DNA of 44,174 nt from positions 1 through 44,174 of the IMG/VR virus record IMGVR_UViG_3300020045_010366, one strand, 5' to 3'. Below the pieces are notes generated by a model that saw only the letters and a program-made list of their open reading frames with translations, was not told the origin of the DNA and ran no database searches. Below are positions 1 to 12,581 of this stretch, one piece after another. The translations under genes and the position numbers were made by a program. This stretch comes from a virus (taxonomy: Duplodnaviria; Caudoviricetes). Numbering within the stretch: the first letter of the stretch is position 1; each line of letters opens with the position of its first letter.

Positions 1-16
1 GTTTTTATAGATAAAT

Positions 17-1543
17 ATGAAAAAAATAAAAAATAATATTAAAGAAGAAAAAAAAGAGAATGTAGTAAATTTAACAGAAGAACAAACTCTCACTATAAAT
101 TGATTGAGAGAGAAAGTTTATATTGTTAAGAGAGACTACTGAATTACTACGTCTACACTACTACCACATCAAAAGGAAATGTTTGATATTGCTACAGAAA
201 CATATAGAGCTTGGTTTAATAAAAGTTATATTCGGGCGCCAAAATATAAATATGTTACCCTACAAGGATGAAACTGAGTAGGGAAATCATTTTGGTTATA
301 TTATATGCTTACTAGATATGCAATAGGAAAACAATCTAAAAACTATAAACTAGAATATATATGAGAAAAGAAAAATATATTTATAGTTACACAGTCTTGA
401 AGTAATGTAAGAGACTACGTTGAGAAATACTTATTATGAGACTTTAGTCCTTGTAGAATACCACCAGACTTGATAGAAAAGATAATTAGATGAAGCGACC
501 ACATAAAAGAAATACGTTTAAAGAATTGATGTGTTATAACAATTAAAACTGTTGAACAAGGACAGAAAAGGTTGGTTTGATGAAACCCAGACTTATTAGT
601 TATAGATGAACCTATAGAGAATGATGAGGTGTGGGGAGAACTACTTGCCAGACTACGTTCGCCGAAAGCTCAAATGCTATATTGATTTACACCAGTAAAC
701 TGATATAATGCTTCTTATTATTTCCTTTATGAGCAGAATGATGAAATGATAAGGCGTAGAACACACATATGAAAATATAGTTCTTATCTAAATGTAACAC
801 AAGACCATTCAACATTAAACGCTTTTAGTGAAAATGAAAGAGCTGTTCGTTTACATTGAGAGTTTATGCCTAAGAGTGGATTGGTATATAATCAGTTTGA
901 TAGATATACTAACGTAATACCAAAGATTGTACCAAGACTATTATGACCTTGTAAATTTTATTGATGACTAGATGTTGGGGTGAAACATCCCACAGGTTTT
1001 GTAGCAATAGCTGTAGACCAAGACGGTAGACATATAATATTTGATGAATTTAAATGAAGTTGAATGCTTGTAAGAGAGATGGCAAATAAAATTAAATTTA
1101 TGGAAAGTAATTATAAAATAAAATTTGATAAGATAATAATTGATAGTGCTGGGCAAAGAGAAAAATTAGAACTAAAACAATTATGAATTTCTTGTGATAA
1201 TGCAAGAAAACAAGATAGATGAGATAACCACGAGAAGAATAGAGTGGCGTGAATATTAAGAGTGAACCAGTTCTTTCACGATTGAATGTTATTAATAACT
1301 GAAAATTGTGTTGATTTAATTAAAGAATTATGAGTTCACGCATATGCTGATTGATGAACTAAAGATTGAGATGTTAAAAAGGTTAATGACGATTTAATTG
1401 ATTGAATGCGTTACTGCTTATTCTTTCTTAAACCTCCACGCGAGAAAAAAGAACTTTCATTTATTGAAAATTTTAACAAAAAATATAAAAAATATTGATT
1501 ATGATACAAGAAATGAAAGGTTATACAAACAGTGGATGATTAA
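17..1543 (+). CDS. terL: Terminase large subunit
   Basis: With TGA=Gly: Walker A QGGNGVGKS, Walker B LLVIDEP, coupling motif GFTP, nuclease motifs GGLDVGVKHP and DDLIDGMRY; ends TAA at 1541-1543. Confidence 0.93.
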
Positions 1544-2240
1544 CTGAATTATGAAATAAATATTGAAAACTAACAGTAATATCAATTTGAGAATATAAAA
1601 TATATCCATCTTGACAAAAAAGAATTACTTTTGACTGTATATGTGATTGTTGAAATAAACATAATGTAGTATGAAATAAATTAAGAAATTGAGAAACAAA
1701 AAGTTGTTGATGTTCTTGGAAAGATTTTATTCCACATAATAGAAAAGAATTAAAAGAATGAGAATTGATATGAAAATGATTTACTTTTATAAAAGATGCT
1801 TGATTTGTTAATAACAAAAGACGTATAGAAGTAGAATGTATCCATTGTTGAACGCACAAAGAAACTACATTATATGTAGCAGAAAGAAGTGGTTCTTGTG
1901 GTTGCTTAAATAAAAGCAAAAGAGATGAACACACTGCAAATAGAGTGAGAATAGTTTCAGCGAATAGAAGATGAAGAAAAAATAGCACTGACGATTGAAC
2001 AGTAACTAAACAAGCTATTAACGTCATCTTTTATATGCAAAAATGAAAATGTCCAGTTTGTGATACAGATATATCTAGTAATTATCATATTGACCACATA
2101 TATCCTTTGTGTAAATGATGAGAACATTCTATATATAATATTCAATTATTATGTCCAGAATGTAATTTAGAAAAAAGCTGAAAGTAAAAATGATTTTTTT
2201 AAATCATTATTTTAACAAAAAATATAAAAAATATTGATTA
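1470..2240. repeat. 32-bp direct repeat flanking the HNH gene (1470-1501 and 2209-2240)
   Basis: attttaacaaaaaatataaaaaatattgatta occurs at both positions. Confidence 0.9.
1501..2187 (+). CDS. HNH homing endonuclease with CxCDCG/SCGC Zn-binding repeats
   Basis: GNKYGKLTV..CICDCGN..LRNGETKSCGC repeat, then CPVC..HIDHIYPLCKGGEHSIYNIQLLCPECNLEK. Confidence 0.9.
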
Positions 2241-2282
2241 AAATACAATAAATGAAAAATAGTTAAAGAAAATATTGATTAA
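2211..2282 (+). pseudogene. Orphaned second copy of the terminase 3' end
   Basis: Reads FNKKYKKYGLKYNKGKIVKENID*, versus FNKKYKKYGLGYKKGKVIQTVDD* at the end of terL; same length. Confidence 0.75.
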
Positions 2283-2294
2283 CAAAAGACATAA

Positions 2295-2837
2295 ATGAAA
2301 AATAAAAAACCTATAAGTGATAGAATGAGAGAGATGATGGAAGACGAAGAAATAATTCAATATGCTATGGTGCATTGATTTAAAGACGTTAGACATCCAA
2401 TGAATATTGCAGAATGAGTTCTTCCTTGACAAAAAATGAAAAGAGACCAAATATATAGAGAAATATGAACAGATAAAAAAGAGTATTGACTAAAAGAACT
2501 TAAACTAATAAATACTTGAGAGAAGAAAGAATTTTCTGTTTATAAGCAAGAACTTAAAAAGAAAATAAGAGAATGAATGAAAGAGAATGCTGAAAAATTT
2601 TTATGAGAAGTGTTTGAAGAAGAGTCTCCTCATTTTATGAAAGCTAATGAAAAAGCCAGACTAGCATTAGATTTACTAAAAGCAACAGATAGAGAATATA
2701 ATCAAACAGTAACAAGTCCTGTTACAATAAATTTAGGTGAACTTCCATTATGAGAATGATTAGAAGAAGCACAAAGAAAGCTAATTCTTGAATTAGGAAT
2801 TACTCAAGATATTTTTTCACAATTAGAAAATGATTAA
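2295..2837 (+). CDS. Hypothetical protein, possible terminase small subunit
   Basis: 180-aa helical ORF between terL and portal; ARLALDLLKA..YNQT..VTINL resembles a TerS C-terminus. Confidence 0.5.
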
Positions 2838-4590
2838 AGAAACAAAACAACTAGAGTGAAAGATATTAAATGAATATATTAATCTAGTTACTATAAGAAA
2901 TCAAGACTGATTTGAAAGCAAGCTTTCTTGATGGATAGAAAAAAGTCAATTAAAAAAGAAAGAAGGTGAAAGATATAAAACCCATTTATCAAGAGCTGTT
3001 TCTGACCAACAAAAAGCTGACCTATTACATAATAATCCAATATTTGATTTCATTCCATTAGATAAGGATGCGCGTACAAACGTATATCCTCTTAAAGAAG
3101 CTTGGAAATATTGGTGGAAAGTTGATGAAACTGATAGTAAAATATATGATGTAGTTAGTGATGCGGCAGACTTCGGTAGTTGATTTTTGTATCAATGATG
3201 GAAAGTAGAATATAGAAATGTAGATATGCCAGTTTTTGATAATATTTCTAAATGAATATCTTTTGAAAATAAAAAAGTTGAGCAATATTTTTGAATATAT
3301 AGTGAATACATTAGGATAGAAGATATCTATTTTGATTGACTTACAATAGAAGATTCAAATATTGTTATATGGAGAAAATTTTGGAATAGAGATGATTTTA
3401 TATTAGCTCACGAAAATAATAGTTTATATAAAAATATAAATAATAAACTTCCTTGATATGATATCTTTATGGCTAGTAATACAAATATTCCTAGACTTAG
3501 AAATTGATTAATGGAAGATATGTTAGTAGAAATAAAATATTATAATAAAGCTAAAGACTCTTTAGTAATATTGGCTAATGGTAAAAATGTATATCACACA
3601 CCAATACCTCATACACATAAAGAACTTCCTTTTGTAAAATATGATAATTTCATTTATAGAAATAGACTTATACAAATGTGAAATTATGAGCTATTGGAAG
3701 ATGTTGAATTATATATAGATAAACTTAGACATCAAACTATTGACATTACTAAGGCCAATATATGATTTACAGCAATAGATAAGGATTCAGATTTTAATCC
3801 AGAAGTGTATAAAATATGAGCGCAAGAATTTATAGAACTTGAAAACTTAGACTCAATTAAACATATTTCTGCAAATATACAAGCTAACAGTTTAGTTTGA
3901 TTACAAAATAGTTGACAGGAAGATGCGATAGTATTAAGTTGAACAGACTATAGAAGCCAACTATTACAAAGCTGAGAAACAGCAACAAAAACAGCTAGTA
4001 AAAATGCAAGTCAATTAAAGCGTGTCAATCTTATATTAAAAAGAAACTCGTTTAAATTTTATAATAGACTAGCAAAACTACGTTTAGCTGATATGCAATG
4101 GATAGCTAGTTTATGAGAATTTAGAATACCATTAAAATGATTACACGTAAAATGAAATGATTTTATTAAATTACAAGATGGATATTGATTATTCACAATA
4201 AAACCAGATATGCTTAAATGAATGTTTAACATAGTTATGCAAACAGAAAGTTTATTGGGCGACTCAACTGAAAAAGAAAAAGAGAACTATCTAAATTTCT
4301 TTCAAATATTTTGAAATTTAATTGATGAAAATCAAAAACCAATAATGAATAGAAATAATATGGTTACTATAGCTTGACAAAAACTATGAGTTGATGTTGA
4401 TTATCTATTAGAAAAAGAAATGTCAAGTAAGAGTGGTGAAGATATAATAAACGAAATAATACAATGAAATAATTGACAAGGTGAAATTTGAAATCAATCC
4501 AATAACCCAAATGCTATACCAGTAGAAAATAGAGCTAATAATGCCGGCTGAGTAAATGTATTGGGATGAGGGAATACAGCTACTAATTAA
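2830..4590 (+). CDS. Portal protein (P22-like)
   Basis: 586-aa ORF in the expected position; DAADFGSGFLYQGW, IRIEDIYFD, PHTHKELPFVKY, TAT motifs. Confidence 0.8.
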
Positions 4591-4605
4591 TATATTTTCT
4601 TTTAT

Positions 4606-4827
4606 ATGAGTGAAATAAAAATACAATGGATTGAATGAGAAATAGAATTTAGTAAACAAGAACAACATATTATTGATGCTATATCAGTTGAAAAAGATAT
4701 ATTAAAGAAAATAATTAATAAGCAAACTAATAAACTTGTTGTTCAAATGCTAAATTGAGAAATTACAAAAGAATATGTAGAATGATACAAAAAAGCAATG
4801 ACAGTGTTTCTGTCAACATTTAAATAA
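4606..4827 (+). CDS. Small hypothetical protein after portal
   Basis: 73-aa ORF MSEIKIQWIE...STFK*. Confidence 0.7.
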
Positions 4828-4849
4828 ATTTATTACATAAATTAAAAAT

Positions 4850-5488
4850 ATGGAAAACGATAATAAAAACGCTCCTAACAATCAGCCAGAGTTATCTGAT
4901 ACTGAAAAAAAGTTAAAAGCAGACCACGATGAGTTATATGGTAAATATAGCAAGAGGAATGCACAACTTTATAAAATTTCAGAGCTTGTCTTTGAAAAAG
5001 CTCCAGAAACTATATTAGACTTTGATGATGAAATTAAAGATAGGATAGTAAAGGAAAAGTTTTGAGTAAATACTTTCGCAGAAGCATTAGCTGTGCTTTG
5101 AGAAGACTTTTATAAAAAAACAAAAAATGATGATGACACATCAGACTTAGAGAAAACCGTAGCTGAGTTAATCAAAGATAAAAAGATGTCTGATTATCAA
5201 AGAAAAGAACAAAATGAAGATATGGCTATAGATTTATTTATAACTAAAAATGCTTCTTTATTTGAATGAATAGAACAACCGAAAGAGCTATTAAAAAAAG
5301 AAATGAAAAAATTAGCCGATTGAACACCTATGCAGGAAAAAATAGAAGATGCTTCTTCATTAGTTAAAATGAGATATTCTAAACAAGTGAATTTTGCTAA
5401 CACAACAAGCTGAAATTCGAAGAATTTTAACACTGATTGAGTTAAAAGAAATGCTTCTCTTGCTAAAATATTTTGAAACAAAATTTAA
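4850..5488 (+). CDS. Capsid scaffolding protein (putative)
   Basis: Charged helical 212-aa ORF between portal and capsid genes. Confidence 0.6.
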
Positions 5489-5509
5489 TATTTAAAACAA
5501 AAATAAAAT

Positions 5510-5965
5510 ATGGCAAATATATTATTTGAAAAATGAAACGCTATTCCTTCTGAAACTAGAGTTGCATCAAATTCTTTAGCTATTGCTCAACACGATTTCG
5601 TATCAGAAACAAGTGGGTTTATGGTTAAAGCAGGTGCATCATCAGAAGTATTAGGTATATCAGAAACTATAAAAACTTTTGACTCAGATAATCAAACTGT
5701 AGACAAAGCTGTAGTTAACTTTGTACCTAAACAAAATGACCTAATAATGAAAATGGTAGTAAATGCTTCTTCTTTAGCCCAAGCTGATGTAGGTTCATAT
5801 TTTAATATGACATCATCACAAACTATTGATTATGCTACAAAATCTACTACTAAATCAGTTGTAAATACTTCTGATGCTGGTTCAGCAACTGACCCATTAA
5901 TTACAAAACAATTTCAATGTACTAAGTTTCTTACTTCTACACTTTGATTGTTTAAATTAATTTAA
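5510..5965 (+). CDS. Capsid decoration/cement protein (putative)
   Basis: 151-aa Ala/Ser/Thr-rich beta-type ORF directly upstream of the capsid gene. Confidence 0.6.
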
Positions 5966-5986
5966 TTCCTAAAATAAAAATAAAAT

Positions 5987-7051
5987 ATGGCAATACAATT
6001 TACTTGAACAGAGGTTGTTGATAGTGTTGTTCAACTTATTAGACCAGAATTAGAAATAGCTTTTTCTGAGGCTGATTTAGACCCAAGAGCAGAAGGTTCA
6101 ATCCTTGAAGCATTAGGGTTTGTTACGGTTGAAACAAGACTACCACAACACGTAGTTACAAGAATTGGTTCAGTTTCGGCTTTACCAAAAATAAATGAAA
6201 ATGGTGATAGACCAAGACAAAGTTACTCTACTTGAGATGAAAAAGGATATAAAGTTAGCCAATATGGTTGAAGCTATAGTATTTCTAAATTAGCTATGAA
6301 AGTTATTAAAGATAGTGGTTTAGACACTTCTTTACTACATCCAACAGTTGCTTCTGAATTATCAGACTTAGCTTCACAAATAAAGAGACTTGGTATATCT
6401 GCTAAAATTACTATGGTTGACGAAGCGACTAAATTACTAGCTAATGGGTTCTCTGTAACAGCTCCTTACGGTGCAGGTAGCGCATCTCCTGACGGTTATG
6501 CTTTATTCTCTGCTTCTCACGCATCTGGTTCTAACTTAGTTACTTGAGCAATTAGTTCTTCTACTGCTCAAACTAAATTAACAGAAGCAATCACTGCTTT
6601 AAGAGCAATTAAGAATGACAAATGAGGAATATATAGACTTCCATCTATGTATACGCTAGTGTGTAATCCTACTAATTACTTAGTGTGGGTGAAAGCATTA
6701 AACAACTGAGAATATTTCTCTTCTAAACAAGACGATGTTGCATTAAGTAACTGAATCACTGCAAACGTATTCACTTCTGTGGATTGATTTAAAGTGGCGT
6801 TAATCGCGTTAGAAAGTTTTGGACAACCAGATGTAAATGGTGTTACTATTTGAACTGGTACTCAATCTTTCCTTTTAGATGCAGATAGACTTAGAATGTC
6901 AAAAGCATTAAGACTTATTAAACTTTACGACGTTGAAATCGATGACTATATCGACCAAAGAACTAAAGAATATGTAGTTGATTGTGATTTTGCATTCACT
7001 GTAGACCATTTTGGTGCTGAAATAGGTATCGTTGGTTTCACTTGAGCGTAG
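5987..7051 (+). CDS. Major capsid protein (Mu gpT-like, HK97 fold)
   Basis: 354 aa; LPKINENGD, YGGSYSISK, PDGYALFSASH, LVCNP motifs; strong GGT codon bias. Confidence 0.85.
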
Positions 7052-7060
7052 TCGAAAGAA

Positions 7061-7121
7061 TTATAATTGAAAAATCAATTATAAGCTAGATGTGTAGCAA
7101 AGGAGAAAGCTCCTTTGTTAC
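7061..7121 (+). terminator. Two hairpins after the capsid gene
   Basis: ttataattga-aaaa-tcaattataa and gtagcaaaggag-aaag-ctcctttgttac. Confidence 0.65.
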
Positions 7122-7146
7122 CATTTACTTTATAAAAAAGAAATAT

Positions 7147-7521
7147 ATGTGATTAAATGCACAATTAGCAATAGGTAATAAAATGAGAGAAAAAGCAATG
7201 TTAGAGAGTTATAAAATAAAAGAAATAGAAACTTTTGTTAAAGATGAATTTTTAATAAATGTGAAATCAATATGAATAAATACAAAAACACAATTATTAA
7301 ATAATTGAATAAAAACAATTAATGATTTAAAAAAATGAACATATAAAGATATAAACTTATCTATTGTATCAGTATTAGCTTTAGATAGATTTTTAGAAAA
7401 AATAGAAAAAGATGAAATGGAAAAAGAAATAGCAGTTAAAACTGCTGAGTCTATAGAATGAAAAATAAATGAAAATGTAGAAGTTGTTGAGCTTGAAGAA
7501 AATTTCTTAGATAAGGAATAA
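7147..7521 (+). CDS. Hypothetical protein with HhH-like motif
   Basis: VKSIGINTKTQLLNNGIKTINDL; acidic C-terminus. Confidence 0.6.
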
Positions 7522-7544
7522 TTATTATATAAAAACAAAAACAT

Positions 7545-10316
7545 ATGCAAGATGTAAAATTATTTCGTATAGAAAATTGAGAAATATTAAAAATAATTAC
7601 TGAATGATTTAAAAATGTTTCTGATTTTTATTTTCTTACAATAGAAGAAAGAGACTTATCAATACCATTAACAAATCAAACTTGTATCGTTGCCGAGACA
7701 GGTTTATTTTATATTTTTGATTGAACAGACTGGATAGCAGACGGTAGTATTATATGAAGAGAATGAGAGGATTGAATTGATGGGACAAATTGAATAGACT
7801 GAGATGATTGAGCTTCAATAACTAGCTGAACTTTTGTTTGAGATGATTTAGTTTTCACAAAAGATGATGCAACAACAGTAACAATAACAGATGCTAAAGT
7901 AGATTTAAAATGAAACCCTTGAACAGACTGAACAGATTGAATAAGTTGTAATTGGAAATGACCTTGGGTAACTACCACAGTTTATGTTTTACAAGATATA
8001 GTAGAAGAATGATGAAGTTCTTATGTTTGTATAGTTCCACACACTTCTTGAACTTTTGTAACAGACTTAGTAGATTTAAAATGGGAACTGTGTGCTCAGA
8101 AATGAACTGATTGAACTTGAATTTGAGATATGTTAGTTTCTACTTATGACCCTGCTTGATGAGCTGAACAAGTTGCATTTGAAAGTGATTTAAATTTAAA
8201 ACAAACAGTTTTCACTTGAATATGTCAAGAACAATATATCACAGAAAATGATATAGTTATTGATTGAGTTAGTGCAACACCTACTTTAACAATAGCAACA
8301 ATAAAGAACTGAGAAACAATCTCAGCATCTAATCCTATATGTTACTATACAGATTGAAGTGGGATAGCAGTGAGGCATACTATAAATACAAGCGTAAGTG
8401 TTAATTTTGCATATACCACTTGAGTATGGTACTTCTATTTTAATACTTCTTGAGCACTTATAGCAACACAAACTCCTTGGACTACATTTGATACGATAGC
8501 AACAGTTTATAGACTTTATGTAAACTCTACTCTATCTTGAGCTGATAGGATACAAGTGGAAGTAGTAGAATATCATAAGAATGATATAAGTTGGATAGAC
8601 CACGAATGGAAACATTCATTATGAACAATTCACTACACTTGATTAAATATTGCTAGTAATTTACTTACTAGTTGAAGTCCAAATGCAGATGGTAGAAATT
8701 CAGTAATAGCTCTCACTTCTTGAACTTGTATCGATGATAACCTTCCTTATACAGTAACAAGTACAACATCTTGAGTAGTTAAATTTACACAAGACCTTTG
8801 AAACGTAACTCCTGCAAGTTTGAATGCTACTAATTCAGCTATATTCAATATTAGATGAAATGATAGCGGTTGAATACTTGTAAAACAAACAGGAACTAGA
8901 TATCCATTTAGTTTTAATTCAAGTACGAATATACCAGAATATATAACAACTTTATGAGTTAGAACTCCTGTGAGTAATTTATATTATTTTGTTTATTATG
9001 TCTATGCTTTACAAGACCCTAGAAGATGAGAAACTATCAAGATTGTATCAGCAGAAACACAATTTTCAACTTCCACTTTAGCATCTGCTCATAGTTGGGA
9101 GGTGTTACAATGACTATATCCAACTTTAGCAGATACAGAAATAAGACCTTTATATAAACTTACTTTTGAATATAGAACTATTTATGATGTATGAGCTAAG
9201 TACTCAGCATTAAGAGTAGTTGACGATTTAAGAAAAGCAAGAGTTTCAAGAAGTGCAGTTGCTAGTTGAAGTCTGCCTGCTACAAGCGTAACAGAAATAA
9301 CTGATTGAAATGTGCAAACCGCTTTAGATAATCTAAGAATTACTAAACAAGACATAGAAACTGCAACACTTACTTATGCTAGAGAGGTTATATGTAGGGC
9401 TAGAACAACAGCTAATATTACACTTTCTTGAACACAAATAATAGATTGAATATCGCTAATCGCTGGAGACTATGTATTAGTAGCTAACCAATCAACTTGA
9501 GCAAATAACTGAATTTATATAGTTAATGCTTCAACTTGGACTAGAGCACCAGAATTTGATAGCACAATAGAAGCCGACAAAGTTGATATATTTGTAGTTG
9601 AATGAACAACATATTACAAAACTTGGTGGATGTGTTATACAAGAAATCCAACAATATGAACAACAGCTTTAGTATTTACTCAAATGCCTTGATGAATATG
9701 AACTGCGGCAGACCAATCATCAGCTTGAAATCATAGTCATACGGCACTTAATTTCACTTGATTAGCTTCTATGTGAGCATCAATAGCTTATAGATATACT
9801 AGTAGAACAGCTACTGCTTCCACTTGAACAACAGATAATGTAGTTAGATTTAGTTGAAGCACTGCTTGACAAATTGAAACAATGCCAGACTGAATTGCTG
9901 TAGCAAATAACTCTTGAAGAATAATTCATTATGTAAACAATGCTTCTGTTAATTGGATATTAAGGCAATTCACTTCTAATACTTTAGATTGAAGCGCAAG
10001 TGATTTTACACTTATTCCTTGAGAATATAAAACTATTTACAACATAGCAGTTGACACTTGGATAACATTAGATAGTTGAAGAAAAGATAATACAATAGAC
10101 TTAACTGTACCTGCCGAAACATATTGAGCTTGATGGAATTGAAGTAATGAAGTTCCTACTAAGAACGATGTGTATGATAAGATAGAGACGGTAGTGTCAA
10201 GTATAGCTTGAACTCCAACTTGATGAGATAGAATAACAAATATAATAAGTCTAACAACTGCTGAATATACATCAGCAACTAAGGACTGAGCAACTCTTTA
10301 TATCCTTACTGATTAA
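7545..10316 (+). CDS. Mosaic tail/head fibre protein
   Basis: Gly-X-Y collagen repeats built from TGA codons, CBM-like WKGPW..Y..D.V..GSSYVC, ANITLSGTQIIDG..GDYVLVANQ..NGIY..WTRA domain, C-terminal LTTAEY..KDGATLYI. Confidence 0.8.
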
Positions 10317-10317
10317 T

Positions 10318-11022
10318 ATGAGTATTAAACTTTGAAACACAGCAATAAGTAAATTATATTTATGAAGTATAGCGATAAGTAAGTCTTATTTATGAACAAC
10401 TCAAATATTTAGTACATCTGCTTGAATAGCTTTCGATGCTGGTGCTTGATGAGTATCATCTACTCCTGCAACTACTTTTACTAAATCAATAACAGTATGA
10501 AGCTGAGTTAATAGAATATTATTTGTTACAGTAGCTTTAAATGCTTGAACAACATCTTGAGTTACTTATGCTTGAAATGCAATGACTAAAATAGATGAAC
10601 AAGCTCACACTTGATTATGAGCAGTTAGTTTATGGTATATTATAAACCCTACTAGTTGAACAAATAATATGGTAAGTACAGCAAGTGTAAGTACATATCA
10701 TTTGATTAATGGAGCTTCCTACACTTGAGCTAGTCAAACTTGAATACCAGATGCTACAAGTAAAACTAATTGAAGTGCTAGTACATACACTTCTGTACTT
10801 TCTTCTATTGCTGATAATTGTTGGCATATAGCAGGTACTCGTTCAAGTAGTGCAAGTGTAGTTGCTTGAGCTAATACAACAATGAGAGCAAATTGATGAA
10901 CAAATGGTGGGATATTTGATTGAAACTGACCTATAACACCAGCAGGAAGTAGTACACTTAACATTACAGCTTGAAGTAGTGCAAATTATGCAATAGTTGG
11001 AGCTACATTTAAACCAGCTTAG
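10318..11022 (+). CDS. Fibre-associated/adhesin protein
   Basis: N-terminal IKLGNTAISKLYLGS repeat, then Ser/Thr/Gly-rich beta domain (SITVGSGVNRILFV, VTYAGNAMTKI). Confidence 0.7.
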
Positions 11023-11040
11023 TATTTTATATTTTTAAAT

Positions 11041-11343
11041 ATGACACCAAAAAAAGAGCCAATATGTACTAAGGAAGCTGACATAGCTACTATATCAACT
11101 AATCTTATTAATATGACAACTGACGTGCACGAAATAAAGGAAATGTTAAAAGAATTTAGAGTTGAATTTAAAGAAATAAGAAATGATTTTGCAACTAAAG
11201 TTGATGTTGAGACAAATAAAAAAGAAATAGAAATATTGAAAGTGGCGAATATAGATATGAAACTATTAATAGCAAAGGTGAGTTGAATAGTTATTGCTGT
11301 TTCCGCTATTGCTTCATTCTTAATATGATTTATTAAATATTAA
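11041..11343 (+). CDS. Holin/XhlA-like membrane protein
   Basis: Coiled coil plus one C-terminal TM helix GIVIAVSAIASFLIGFI. Confidence 0.6.
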
Positions 11344-11355
11344 TATATACGGAGT

Positions 11356-11682
11356 ATGTGAGATTGTTGACCACAAATAAAGAAAGAATGGACAATATAT
11401 AAGAGAATATTAACGTGGATATTAAACAAATGTCTTGATATTCTTTCTCCTCATTTCATTCAAGCAAGTTGCGCAAAACACGATAGATGTTATCAAAAAT
11501 GATGAGATGAAAAAAGACGCTTTGCTTGTGATAATAAATTCTTTTTCTTTATATGTAGAGACTTAGAAGAACTTAATGTTAATATATTTAAAGAAATATT
11601 TTTATATACAGTTGCTTTTGTTTTCTATCTATCTGTTAGGGAATGATGAAACCTATCTTTTAATTACATTGATAATGAATAA
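11356..11682 (+). CDS. Phospholipase A2-like protein
   Basis: MGDCGP, ASCAKHDRCY, ACDNKF, FYLSVR.GG motifs; GGAG upstream of ATG. Confidence 0.75.
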
Positions 11683-12313
11683 TGAATACAACCAATTACT
11701 ACAAAAAGACACCTACTATGCTTGTTCTATATATGCCTTATTAAACCTATTTAAATATGACTACTGAGTTATAATACCAATAAATTTAATACTTAAATTA
11801 TTAATATATTTAGAAAGACTATGAGTATTTTTTAGATTGTGATGAGCTGTTGCAGATGTAATATATCCAATAGCAATTAAATATATAAACATTCGTTATT
11901 GAATAAGTCTTAAAATAGAAAAAACTACAGTGGATAAGATTACAAATAAAAGATGATATATATTATGATTTAAAAAAGCTACTACATTATATAAAAAGAA
12001 TGCAGAGGATTGAGAAATAACTAAAGAGGACATAAATGCTTTTTCTTCTTATAAAGACAATGGACATTTCCATTATTGGAAAAGATGAGAAGTGGTTGAA
12101 AGTTTAGGTTGATTTAGAAGCAGACTATCTTTAGATAATTTATCATATGCCTTTGAAAAAGGTTTCTACTATCCAACTATAAGAACTATTTCTTGAGAAG
12201 AAAAACTTAAACTTAAGCTTATATCAATAGCTCAAGAAAGAAAACTATACAATTTTAAAATACCATATATACAAGAATATGAACTAAAAGATTTTATTAA
12301 ACAATATAAATAA
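11675..12313 (+). CDS. Papain-fold (C39-like) cysteine peptidase, putative
   Basis: YNQ..YACSIYA, later GHFH and VVES, the Gln/Cys/His/acid order of papain-like enzymes. Confidence 0.6.
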
Positions 12314-12314
12314 T

Positions 12315-12581
12315 ATGAGTACAAATAGTAAGGCTTACAACAAGAAAAACTATCAAAAGTTTTGGTGAAATCCAAAAGCAATTAAAAAGCGTACTGAACA
12401 AAATAAGGGTAGAAAACTTTCTTGATTAAAGAAATGAGACCCCCGTGAAGCTCATCACGTTAAACAACTTTCAAAATGATGAAAAACAACTAAATGAAAT
12501 ATAAAAATAATTAGCAGAAAGGCTAATAGAAGAGATTGAGTTAAAATAGCAAATAACAATAAAAAGAAAAATAAACTTTAG
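12315..12581 (+). CDS. Small HNH endonuclease
   Basis: KKGDPREAHHVKQLSKGGKTTKGNIKIISRKANR. Confidence 0.8.

Noticed and set aside
17-1543. TGA=Trp (code 4) or mass pseudogenisation
   Set aside because: TGA falls at invariant Gly sites, TGG supplies the conserved Trp residues, and frames are otherwise intact
7545-11022. Diversity-generating retroelement targeting the fibres
   Set aside because: No reverse transcriptase and no TR/VR repeat pair seen
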